Of a stretch of 64,000 nucleotides of DNA, positions 26,233 to 38,926 are shown piece by piece; the first letter of the stretch is position 1, and every line of letters starts with the position of its first letter. Made by a program: the position numbers and the translations under genes. Below the pieces are notes generated by a model that saw nothing but the letters and a program-made list of their open reading frames with translations, searched no databases and was not told where the DNA came from. Location: NCBI RefSeq assembly GCF_026571515.1, contig NW_026862878.1:1-64000 (forward strand), read 5' to 3'. The DNA comes from Ruditapes philippinarum (lineage: Eukaryota).

Positions 26233-27121
26233 TTACATATTTATCAAATAATAAAAAATAAGCCTTGACTAGTTTCTCCCAACATTCACTTCCAGATTTC
26301 TTATAAAATCTTTTCATCCAAATTTGGTTAGTTCTGCCATATTTACATTGAAAGCAACTTAAATAGCCCCGATATTTAAATGTGTTTTTTCAGAAAATTT
26401 AGGTGGGGTACGTATATAAATATAGATATACAAAATTAAAATAAAAAAGATTTTATAAAGGGCGAAAACGCATTCTTAAAATTATTCTAACTCATCTGCG
26501 TTACTTTGTTTAGCAGTCATTATTAGATCAATAACTTCTTACGTAAATCAGATTTTTTTTTCAAATTTCATTTCATTTGATCAAGGTTTACTTTTTTCAG
26601 TTTGGAAGAAATAAAAATTATATTGGCAATATTTAGGTAGAGAACAAAAAGTGTCCTGTTATCATGTTGATGGTTAACATTTAGTGTATTTTGAGAAAGG
26701 TCAAAATGGGTTTTTTATTGTACCGGACAATTCATCACACTTTGTAACGTATATTTTCAGTGTGCAATTAATATCAGAATTTAGCGGTTACCAAACCACA
26801 CCAATAAATTTTATTGGTTACTGGATTCACAATTAATTTGGTCGCTATATAATGACCAGTAAGTTGATATTGTTGTCTAAATCTATTGTTGTTGACTAAA
26901 GTCCAATAAGAGGAATGTGTTTTTCATATAAGGAACTATCGGACAAGCATGCCTTTAAGCAGGCTGTTTGTGCTGTTTGTAAATATTGCAAATATTTGCT
27001 ATATGAGCTTAACTATGTATATCTATGTTGAATTCAAACTGAAGAAAATGATTAAAAAGACGTTTAGTTAAAATGAAAGTAGATATAATGATAATACAAA
27101 AACAGCAAAATGACGTTTTAA

Positions 27122-27325
27122 AGGCCCATTATAAGCAGGAAATGCTTTAATTTTTATTTCTCAAAATATTTTTGTTATGGTGTCATGTTATGGTTTCTAA
27201 GTAATCTTTTGCTTATGTTGCCTTTTCGCAATTAGCACAGTTTGTGGTTAAGTATTTTGTATTTTACTTTGTTTATATTTGCTACTTTTATGAGAAATAA
27301 TGTCACATTCAGCGCACCTTACTTA
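27122..27325. mobile_element. Truncated Kolobok-like MITE related to 58411-58759
   Basis: TTAA|AGGCCCATTAT..GAAATGC..TTATTTCTCAAAATATTT matches the left part of the element at 58411. Absent from unit 1. Confidence 0.55.
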
Positions 27326-28235
27326 AGACGATAAGGATCTTACACGCATTCATACAGTACAAAAGTAAGAGAGACAACTAATATTTAAGGATAGTTGCAA
27401 TATGAACACACTTGTCTCCCTTTTAATCAACACAATTTAAGACCCCTGATAACTTCATAAGATAACATTTTTTTCCTGTGCTTTGCATGCACATTTGTTC
27501 ATATATTTGGATATAGATAATGCCACTGTACATAGTTGTTGTATCGTTATATCTAGAATAACATAGATGGTGATCACTGATGAGATTAATTATAAAGTTT
27601 TAGAAACAGATGTTATGGCTGTTATCTATTTTCGCCAAGTTTTAACATTGGACATTTTTCCTCAATATGTTTGATTGCTAACTTTACGTTAGTAATTATA
27701 CGATTATTCTCTTGCAAATTATGGAACATACCATTTGACACGAAATACAGAAAAAAATGTTTTACAATTTTATTCTAGGTATCTGAATTATTACGCATAC
27801 ACAGATTTTCATGATGCAAAATCATTTGTAATAAAGTGTAGGGGCAGAACCATGTCTTGTATGTGACACATTGTCCTTCATCTCTTCTCTTTATATAATA
27901 CAATCTTCGCTTTAAGCAAGTACCCCTCAGAACTGATTAAATCGTATTCACAGCGGTATACCGTTCCCCGGATATTGCTCGATATTATGAGGACTTTCAT
28001 TCCATTTCGCAACTTTCAACGGGGACCAAAGGTAAGTTCAGTACCTATATTTAGTCATTTTGAATTGGTTTGATATAAATTTTATAGAAAAAACAAATAC
28101 TTCGATAATTTCTCTAGTTACTGAAAACCCTAAAATGTTGAGAAATAGCTTTGATATGTAATAAAGAGGTTAAATACGTCTGTTTGCTCACGTGATAAAT
28201 GAGCTAGGATCAGTCAAATTTGATGTTTTCGTTAA

Positions 28236-28853
28236 CCCTTTCCCTCATGTGCATATTGTGAAAAATGGCCGTTTTCACTGAAAAGCCTCCTGTTACAAGT
28301 TCAAACTGCTATGAAACTATGAAAAATGCTTCAATACTAATCAGACTTGGCACAAATGACTTGACTGGACCATTGCCTTTGTAACGACATGCTCAGTCTT
28401 ACATTTCCTGTTACCATGGCAACGAGGGGACATCTCAAAATTGCCCAAAAACACTATTTTGCCTCGAATTTTCCATCAAAATTTATTTGAAAGTGCTGCA
28501 ACTTCTCAAGGGATCGAGAAAGAGTCAAAGGCTTTTCAGCGTTGGTTACACGTTACCTTATGATCGACCTGGGGTCATTTTTAGCCTCTCACAAAGCCAA
28601 AAATTTATTGGCGATGAGGGGGACTCCGCCCCCTACAAACCCCTCAAACAGAAGGGGGCACATTCCCCTTCTGGCAACCCCCTGATGTATCTTTTGGATG
28701 GGGGCGGCGCCGAAAAAGTTCTCACATTTTTATCAACATTTCTCAAACGAAAACATGTGTATGGGGCCCAAATAGGACACTTTTCACTATTTCAGGCCTA
28801 AAAAAAAGGGGGGGGGTCGAAAGTGCGTTGTTTCGCGTATATGTGGTAAAGGG
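28236..28853. mobile_element. piggyBac-like non-autonomous element
   Basis: TTAA|CCCTTTCCCTCAT ... ATGTGGTAAAGGG|TAAA: CCC...GGG ends with a TTAA-type target site and imperfect TIRs. Confidence 0.6.
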
Positions 28854-31234
28854 TAAAAAGACAAACTTAATTCGAGTGAAAAGTGATAACGATGATAATA
28901 TTTATGTTGTAAATGCTCAATCAACAACAGAATCTCAGATGTCAGCGTATTTTGAGAATAAATACACATGTCAGTGTACCGAGTATTGCGTTGGAGTTGA
29001 TCATCGGTGTCACGAGTATTGCTTTTTAGTGTAACGAGTATTGGCTATTAATATCGAGTTAATGCGAGTAATAAACACAGAGTATTTACCCCATTCAATC
29101 TTAAATATTTCTTATTGTGTATACTTATTGACTCTTCATGAGCAAAATATGCATAGTTCGGAGGTACTTTACTGGAAACATCTTCGATTAATCCATAGGC
29201 TGTGAGATTTTCATTTCTGCTCATGAAAAAACTCATTCGAACGAAGTCAGCATTTTCTGTGTTTACAAAGTTCTCGCTGCTATCGAAGCATCAACCTTTT
29301 CAGAATTCATTAATAATTATTGCATATCTTACTATAAATAGTAACAAAATTGTATTTTAAGAGAGTGCATTAATTCTGACTCAAGATTGTCAATATAAGA
29401 CGTATTGAGCAAGTGTGCCATATCTGAGATATGGTCATTCTGTTTTGCAATACACTGTACACTAAAATTGGGTTATTTTGTAATACTTTCTTGTATCTTT
29501 TTTGGCCTGTATCTTTTTGTATTTTCACACGTTTTGCCTGACATTTGGACTAAGCATACTTGGATTATGAATAAAAGAAAAGAAATGCTCATTTCAATTT
29601 TTTTTATCTTGGTCTGATAATTATTTCTAACGATTCCACAGTATCAGGGCAATATTTTCTAGTGAGCAGGTAGTTTAAAACATTTTGTAAATTTTACAAA
29701 TACCTGTAATACGTTGATGTCCTTTAAATTTGAAAAGTGTTGCCAGGCTTTTCGCTCAAATAGGACTAAAAATAGTACAAAAGTACGTTTTTCAATTTAT
29801 TCGGAGCATAGTTCTTAATAATTTTTGGCATATTTTTCTGATGTATACTAGAAATTCAAATGTTTTTATGCCTTGGGACCTCAGTGCAGTTCCTTTAAGT
29901 ATAGAAAAAAAGGCTTACTTCACGTTTACTCATTTATATAATCGTTTATATTCAGCTGTAGTTACGGCACGGATGTACGGGTGTCAAACCTTTACGGTAT
30001 CAATTTTTTCTTTAAAAGAAAATACAAATAGGAGAGATTTAAAAGCTCGTCATCGCTCCCACACAATTTAATGGACAAGACGTAATGTGTCAATCGTAAC
30101 TAGTGGCGCAATCAGTACTTTTAGGGAAGAGTTACATTTCAATGTAAGTAGTTCAGCCATGTTAGGTATATAATCAGATTGATAGACATAATGGGACTTT
30201 AAGCACAACACATCACTAGTAATCAGAAAACGTCTGGTTCAAAAATGATGTTTAACGTCTTAGGTTTGCTCGTAGACTGATCCTTTGACATCATACCAAA
30301 CAACACATATTGGATGAAGATGTTTTACGAACCAGATAAAATCACGTACCACATTTTTGCCATAAATGAATGACCATCAATGGCATCCCTATATATGGAA
30401 ACAGTATCGTACTTCAAACGTCGTACGTTGCGTCAATTCGACAACAAGACGTATCCTTTCAAACACAATCAAAAAGGTTTTTATATACACAGTTTATTGG
30501 ATGATGCAAAGCATCTCTGTGCTCTCTTCTAATTCTTTATTTCTATGTTTCTGCCTTGATGTTAATAAAATAGATAAATAAAATAAAAAAGCAAAAAACA
30601 TTACAGTAATATACAAGTGTATTTAAAAGCATATTACATGTTATCCTCGTTAACCCATTAAATTTTTACTCGTTACGTGTATAATTTCATTCATGATAAA
30701 TACAGCACCATGAATTTATACATGCATTAGAATTAAATTTCACGTCAATTTACATATAAACAATCTAACATCGGACTAATATATTTAAAGATGTTTTAAA
30801 ACACGAACAACAAATAGAACAGATACAAAGATTTGTAAAATGAAAGTATAAAACCTCTAAAACTATTGTTAACAAAAAATATGTGTAACAACGGTAAATT
30901 CCATATCCAGTTTGAAGTAGTTGTCACTGCTGTGTTGATTTTATCTTTTAGTGTTCAGACAGGTTTACATGTGTTTATATATGCAGAAGAATAGTTATGT
31001 ATTTTATATACACAAACGAATATCTGAAAAGAATATGTATCATATGTAGAACACACGCACACATTATTATATTGACACTTGCAATCAAAGTTTGATATTT
31101 TGTATTGACTAAACAAATTATTCATATTAATATAACCACTGTAGCAAAATAAAACCTGAAGGTTTATTTATATAAAACCTGAAGGTTTATTTATACCTGG
31201 ACTTATTTAAAATGCAGGAGTACATTTGATGATT

Positions 31235-33124
31235 TCAATTACCACGTATCAAAGTTCCAGAGAACGAGTTCCATCTATATGAACCATGATAAACTGTATT
31301 TGTTGAGAAACGGCTTGTCACTTTAACCCCGACGGTCTGGCCAACAATCAAGACTTCTAACAATGCAGCTGACTGACATGCAGCGTTGCCTTCACTACGG
31401 AGAGTTACCGGCTGGGTTGTTTGACCGTCCACTGTGATATCAATGTGAAGGCTTTGCTTGCTCTGTACGCAAAAGATGACAGTAAATAAGTACGTTCCAT
31501 TTACAGGAACGGTAAATTTACCAGTGCTAGAATCGAATGCGCTTCCCTCGTTGAACATCGTGATTGGGAATATTATATAGCTCCCGGTTGAAGCATCCGA
31601 TAAGTGGGAATTAAGCCGTGCTTTAAATGCAACTGTTGGTATTTTGGCTTTGTCTGAAAAGAGAATATTTCTATATAAATTATAAATGAATCCAGTCCTG
31701 ATCTACTATAATGTTCAACCAGTGTTTTTTTTACATGTAGCGAACAACTTTACAATTCACATATTCATGTATTTTAGTACAATGTATATATAAATATTTA
31801 ACATGTTATTTTATAAAGACTAATTAAGCAATCTTGTAGCAAATTTACATTATAATTTATTATCATATGTCTAATTTGTCATAAGGGCTCTTTTGCCCTA
31901 GAATGAATCAAATTCATGAATAAATAACAAAACTATGCCAAATAAAGCAAATTTTAATTATTATTTCAGTAATAATTGACAATAAAAGGCATATCAGAAT
32001 AATTCGACATGGTTTAGTCATGTATTTTGTCCAAGTATGAATCAAATATGTAAGTACATAAGAAAGTTGCAATTTGAAGAAATCTCAATTAATTGACCTT
32101 GACGGCCAAAGTAAATTTAGTGTCAAAGTCAAATCAGAATTATTCAATGTGCCGCTTTTGCCTCAGTTATGAATCAAATCTGTAAATAAATAGCAAAATT
32201 CTGACAATTTAAGAAAATTTCATTAAAAGGTCAAATAAAGGTAAAGGTCATTTTTGAATTATTCAACATACGGATTATGTCATATGGAATCGTTTGTTCA
32301 AGTATAAATCAAATCAATAAATAACTAATAAATTTATGGCCAAATGTAGCACAATTCATTAATTTGACATTAAGTGCCACTGTAAAATTAAGGTCAAGTT
32401 CAATTATTTTTTTTAATGTCTTGTTCCAAGGTAAGTTGTGCAAGGAAGACAATACATTCATTAGTTACGAATAATTTCACATAGTCCTTTGGTCCATCAA
32501 CACAGTATATAATATTCTTTACGATCATGGTCAATTTTAAGCTTCAATTTCAATATAAATAACAAATATGCGAAATAAACATCAAAAGTATTGCAATTTT
32601 ACACCTTTTACAAAATCTGTCGACAAATTCAAACATGTGCCTCGGCTTTCATGAAGGTGAGAACCAACATGTCTAGAATCGAAACAAGGTTCTCACTTTC
32701 AAATCGTGCATGTTATAAACGTGAAATATGATTTTTTAAACAGCTTAAATTATGTTGTGTTGTGGTATATAAGAGACTCAGTTAATTAACCACTTATACC
32801 TGCAATAACATCCACTGTTTTCCGCAATTCACCAACTCTGACAACAATGCTTTGCTCAAAAGTGTTTGCTTTTACTTTTAGACTCATCTCAAATTTATCC
32901 GTAGTTTTGTTCAATACGTCTATCGCTGTTCGAACCTCATCTTTCATTTTTGTCGTACTTTCCTCCCTTTCAATTCCTTCCAATTTCAGTTTTTCCATTT
33001 GGTATTCCATTCTAACTAGTTTTTCCAAAATCCTCTCCTCAAAGTCATATTTAGAGCAGTGTTGTTCCTCTGCTTTAACCGTTAAGAAAAGAGTGATGAA
33101 AAACGCGTAAGAAAACATTTTCAT
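31235..33124 (-). CDS. C1qDC copy 3: join(33124..32800,31653..31235), 247 aa
   Basis: Same exon sizes and splice sites. The 5' part of exon 2 (DKAKIPTVAFKARLNSHLSDASTGSY) is open although the ORF track starts later. Confidence 0.9.
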
Positions 33125-33392
33125 GACGATCACTCTAGTGATCAAGGATGCCGACCAGCAAGGAAATAAACCTAGCCTAGAGTTACAGAACTTTATAAAA
33201 CTTTAACATATCAAATAAAAGGGTTGTTTCGAAAGCTCATACTTATATATACTGTGATTGTATTATGGTTTTGTTCAAAATTAAAAAAAAACTTCTAAAA
33301 GTTCTTATTATTTTACATTTATTACAAAGCGGTCTCGTCGATTACCGTATAAAATAAGCTACATGTATTTAATTCTCGAAAAAATGTAAAAT

Positions 33393-33606
33393 AGATAAAT
33401 ACAGAATCCCTAAAGAAAGCCCAACACGGCAAAATTGAAAATGTTGCAGGCTCGGTTTGATTGAGCCTGTTCATGGACGGTACTGGAAAGTGCAAGTTAC
33501 CGTCCACGCCCCCTAGCACCGGCTTAAGCAGAATTCAACATTTAAACATGAAAAAGTAAAATTTTGAATTTAGAAACATCCGCAGATGTGTTCATACGGC
33601 GGTTAT
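33393..33606. mobile_element. ~210-bp insertion specific to unit 3, upstream of C1qDC copy 3
   Basis: Interrupts AAAATGTAAAA|GTCATGCTTT, which is contiguous in units 1, 2 and 4. Relatively GC-rich. Confidence 0.55.
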
Positions 33607-33733
33607 CATGCTTTAAAGTAAATCGGAAATAAAATAGAAAAAATGTCGACGCACTGCAATCTTATTTTATACTAGTTAATTATACTAGTATAACTTATTA
33701 TATACTAGTAAATTTATTAGGCAACACAAAATG

Positions 33734-34013
33734 ACGCCTGGTATACAACAAAGCTTCCTTCTTCGGTTGTTTACAGTAAATTGCTCTGTAGCAACGGCCG
33801 AGCTAATGCATGTCCCCCGAATTTCAGTATCAACAATGGTACAGTGTTGATTTATTACATACATGGTAAAGCATTCTTGTAATTTTGATCACAAACTATA
33901 TAATAAGGCAACATTGTACCTTCGTTGACACTAGCGACATGCACTGGCTAGGAAAGTGCGACAGGGCGATTTACCATATACCTCCAAAAGAGATAGCTGT
34001 GATGTTACAGGCG
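33734..34013. mobile_element. Foldback MITE, unit 3 copy
   Basis: Same inverted arms. Confidence 0.75.
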
Positions 34014-35691
34014 TGAATGCATAAGTTGATTGTCAGTTGTCACGTGTAATCCAATGGTATTAGATAAGCAGTGTTGGCATATATGTCTAATCTTGATATT
34101 GAAAAAGATAAAGCAATGATCATTTATTGATGTCTTTCTGTTCGGCCCGGAATATCCGATATGATGATGCACGTCGATTCTGCAATCATGTCTGCTTTTT
34201 TCTTGGCATATTTTACTATATTTTAAACATTTACCTCAATAAAACGTTTATTCATATACATTTATTGTATTTCATACGTTACTATTTTCTTACGGTAGGA
34301 TATGACGTTACCATAGGCACTCAGTTTCATTTTGAAAAAGCGACTTGTGTTGCATCAATGCAGATGCCGTATGGCTTTAACACGTCATATCTACATAAAC
34401 TATTGTTTTGCTATTTTATAAGTATGGAATAGTTATCAACGCATTAGCATTGCTCTTAAGGTACTTTTTATAAAAGACTGATATCTTAAGTTAAAATTTT
34501 TATTTGATTTAAGACAGGCACCTAGGAAGCATTTTCGTACTGGGAGTGGAGATGGGGCTAAATTGTATTTGGAGTCGATGAGGGTGGTCTAGGTTCGTCC
34601 CCCAGGGGGAAAATCTACATATTAAATGATGGCCTCTTGTGCATTTCTAGGTGCAAATTTAAGTTAAGTATAAATGAAGTACAAACTTCTGAATGTCCCC
34701 AGAAATTTTCAGACATGCACTATTCCTTATTGGAATTTTTACTTGAATGATTACTGTACAAGGAACATTTTCAGCCCTTTGAAATGCTTACCGGCTAATA
34801 TCTTACATTCGGGCTTTTATTTCTTAGAAATTTTTAAATAAAATAACCATAATTAGGCACTGTATTGCTGACCATGAACTCTCGAATATCAAGTGTGTGA
34901 CAATTTAGCGTGGATTTCCTTAGCCGTCAACTAATCGACTTTTGATCACTATTTCCGCTTGAATATGCACCCCCTTGTTACTGTCTTGCAAGATAATCTT
35001 ACAATAACTTTTGAACAACCCCTGCCTGTTCTTATCAGAAGGTGTACTCTGTATACTGTTTCAATAAATAGTAAATAAATTATTTCTCAATGTTTTGTTC
35101 TTATCATTAATTACTTAAATTAATTAGATTAGATATTATTACTTATTATGTATTATCACTAATACAGTAAACGCCCAGACATTCCACATTCTATTTATGG
35201 GCAGTAGACAAACAACACCTGCTTCTTATTAACTAAAAATTAAATGCTATAACTAAAGAAGAGATCTTTTAGTAATAACACCGCTCGTCCTTTTAAGTAT
35301 TTTATTGTCTTTGTGTTCGATAAGAGTTTTTGTCATGACCCTTTCGTCGGCACCGTCATTTGTTCTCCGTTACCTTTACGTACATTTCTCAGAAACTTTC
35401 CAATCCAAGTTAATCACACTTGCACTACGCCAAAGTCAGAAGGGCAGAAAATCATCATAAATTATGCCACTTTGTTGTTTAAGTTGTTTTTGACCCGGTT
35501 TTCGATTTTGTTAAGGAACATTTGTCAAAAGTATTTTCAAATTAATCTTTTAACAATAAATTATCACAAACATACTAGATTTCATGCAATCTATACCCAT
35601 TAATTTCTTTTCTCTCTCTTGGCCTTCACAATACATTTATATCTTGTCCAATAGCTGCTGTTACCGGCTAGGAAGTTTTATGCGGTACATA

Positions 35692-35956
35692 TTTTTGGTT
35701 GAGTTTTATGAAACACCAATACTGTCATATGGCTACTTTCAGGCTTTACTGGTAGATGAAGACTTTATGATCAGGTGCCCATCTGTGCATTATTTTGGGC
35801 ACAAGCGGGCACCTGAGTAGAACCACCGACATTCCGTAAACTAGCTAATATAGCTTCTACACATGGAAAAATCAAAGAATCGAGATTCGAACCTACAGCG
35901 GTAAGGGACAAATGGTTTGAAGTCAACGACCTTAACCACTCGGCCACAGATGTCCC
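35692..35956 (-). mobile_element. tRNA-derived SINE, unit 3
   Basis: Paralogous copy at the same position in the duplicated unit. Confidence 0.8.
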
Positions 35957-37296
35957 TTACATGTTTATCTAATAATAAAAAATAAGCCTTGACTTGTATC
36001 TCCCAACATTCACTTCAAGATTTCTTATAAAGTATTTTCATCCAAATTTGGTAAGTCATGCGTTACTTTCTTTAGAAGTCATTCATAGATCAGTAACTTC
36101 TTACGTTAATCAGGATTTTTATCTACAAAATTCATTTTATCAAGATTTACCCTTTTCCCGTTTGGAAGAAATAAAAAGTATGTTGGCAATATTTAGATAG
36201 AGAACAGAAAGTGTCCTGTTATCATGTTGATTGTTAACACATACATGTATATATTTCTTTATTGTACCGGTCAATTCATCACAATTTGTAACGTATTTGG
36301 ATATAGATAATGCTACTGTACATTTTTGTTGTATTATTATGAATGGTGATCACTGATGAGATTAATTAGACAGTTTTAGAAACAGATTTTATGGCTGTTA
36401 TCTGTTTTCGCCAAGTTTTAAAAATTACCGTTTTTTCTCAGTATGTTTGATTGCTAACTTTACGTTAGTAATTTTATGATTATTCTCTTGCAAATTACGG
36501 ACATAAAATACGGAAAAAATGTTTTACAATTTTATTCTGGGTATCTGAATTATTACGCATACACATATTTTGATGATGCAAAATCATTTGTAATAAAGTG
36601 TAGGGGCAGAACCATGACTTGTATGTAACCATTTGTCCTTCATCTCTTCTCTATATATAATACAATCGCTTTAAACAAGTACCCCTCAGATCTGATTAAA
36701 ACGTATTTAATACACAAATGTACACTTGTAAGAACAAGATCTTAATATTTTTATGCTACATATTTAATGAAATGGATACTACTGTAATTATGACATTTTG
36801 AATTTTTCAAGTTTTTTAATACACAACGGATATCCTACATAACTCAAAATGCACAAATCTTGCCGCTGCTAGGACGTTGGATCAATAGGGTGAAGGTTAT
36901 AGTTCATAGTTATAATTACATTTCTTCGTGGAACGTTCATTTACAATAAACCGCAATAGCATCCACAACAAACGCACGCTCCATCCCAACATAAATTATA
37001 AAAAATCAACAATTACAAGCGCACGCAGTTAGCACACACATAAGTATATGATATACATGTATATGGGTGTTTTATAATTAAGATTGTGTGTGCTTTCAGG
37101 AAATATGGGATTGTTCATATGATAAACTTAAAAAAGATAACATTTGTCACGGTTAGACATTATAAACCAATATCTATCTTACGAATATTTTACACCCATT
37201 AACCTCCGTGGTTCCGAACAATATTGACCTGGCACTTCATTAACTTTCGTAAATGTCACTTAATATATCGATACATCTGCTAATTTCACTCGTGAA

Positions 37297-37368
37297 TGAG
37301 GTGTGGTGTATTGGTATAGATGTCGGACTACCGATCTGAAAGTCTGTGGTTCGATTCCTTACCAACAC
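37297..37368 (+). other. tRNA-like Pol III unit (Arg-like arm), not a functional tRNA
   Basis: A box TGGTGTATTGG, arm TCGGA-CTACCGA-TCTGA, B box GGTTCGATTCC, T-run at 37379. Poor acceptor stem. Confidence 0.6.
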
Positions 37369-37653
37369 CAAGTAGTGATTTTTTTATTTACTTGCAAGAA
37401 TAACTTCTAAATCGTTTTACTACACCTGGATTTAGAATACCTTTTAATTAGTGGTGTTTTCATACAAAATTATATTTTTATTCATTACACTATCTTTTAA
37501 CGATTTTCTTTGTGACATTATATGTAATCGTATATTCTTTAGCGCATACACACTATAAAGTACTACACTGATATTACACACAACAAAACGTTTGCGACAA
37601 TTTTAAGAGAATGACAATTTCACATTAAAATAAAAAAGAAGAAGAAAAAGAAA

Positions 37654-37727
37654 TCGTTGAAATAGGATTCGAACCTACCAGTTTACGTCTACAAGTGAAA
37701 ACACTTTACCAACTGCTCTAACAGCGA
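37654..37727 (-). other. tRNA-like Pol III unit, minus strand
   Basis: Minus strand: TAGAGCAGTTGG A box, loop TTGTAGA, B box GGTTCGAATCC, followed by T-runs. Confidence 0.6.
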
Positions 37728-38851
37728 TTTTTCATATTCATCATTTTAACAATGTGATATTTATATTTATCGATTTACAAGTAGATCGTAAAGTTTACGG
37801 AATATACCTACTAAAAGGTCAAATGCAAGAGTGCCAGGTCAATGTTGATGGACAATCCCTGACCTCTAAGGTCAAGATTATTTATACCATCTATTTTACA
37901 CAGTTTGCATTCAAATAACTAGGCCTCAATGACATTCGATTTTGATATTTACACTTGTATATTTTAATGTTATGTTTCAGTAATCTACTCACGGTTAAAT
38001 TATCATTATAAACTTTTATATATCTTATGAATATTTGATACCCTTAAACCTCTGTGAAATGTTTCCGAATGTACCTAACCTCTAAGGTCAAGATTAGTTA
38101 CACTATTTATTTGCACGAAAATATCCCGGCTTCAATGAAATGTTATTTTGATAATTAAACTGAGAATTACTCATTGTATATTTCACTGTTATGTTTAAAT
38201 AGTCTGCTGTAAAATATATAATATAACCGATATCCTAATAGCTATATTGGACTGTTGAGAATTTCCGTGATAGACAAAAGTTTCGAAATAAAAGCGCCTT
38301 CCAGAAACGCCTTTTCCCGACGTTTCTTATCAAAGTTACACATTCAAATTCACAAGATCGCATTTCTTATATATATTAAAAAGGTTATTTAAAAGTTTTC
38401 TGTACATTACAGAATAAATTTTGACTTGCAACCTATACAGTTTGTGAAATAATATTGGATACATTTGGCGGCTTCAATTCTCCTTCATGGTTTCGTGAAA
38501 ATATAATCTCGATATTAAATAATCGTTCAATTCACGGATGACTGTACACACAGTGTAGGAACGAAATCACTCACACAATTCACTGTATCATTTACTGCAA
38601 GCTTAAACAATATAGCATGATGTATCATAAACTGCGATCACAGGAAGAAATCAAAGCACAAAATGGAAGGCGTTGAATTTATTTGGGTCTCAGAATGTCA
38701 GAAAGGTGAAGGTTGTGAGATTATAAACAAATTTGTTTTTGTGTAGTGCCAGCAATGCTGTTTCCAGTGTTATAATTGTAGTAAATTGACTATCGGGCTA
38801 ATTGCAACACTGATATTCAATCCAATGTTTATTTGGATTTAAAAAAAATGA

Positions 38852-38926
38852 GTTGCCTTAACTGGACTTTGAACTCCAAACGTCTCGCATCCTAGACGAG
38901 CGTGTAAACCCTGGACCACGGGGAAG
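38852..38926 (-). other. tRNA-Pro(AGG)-like pseudo-tRNA / Pol III head
   Basis: Minus strand: GTGGTCCAGGG, anticodon arm CTCGT-CTAGGAT-GCGAG, GAGTTCAAAGTCC, then T8. Confidence 0.55.

Larger units (their letters stand above)
37219..37847. mobile_element. 629-bp TIR element containing two convergent tRNA-like units
   Basis: TIRs CAATATTGACCTGGCACT / AGTGCCAGGTCAATGTTG (17/18 match). The empty site TTCCGAA|TGTACC is visible at ~9001 and ~38063. Confidence 0.8.
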
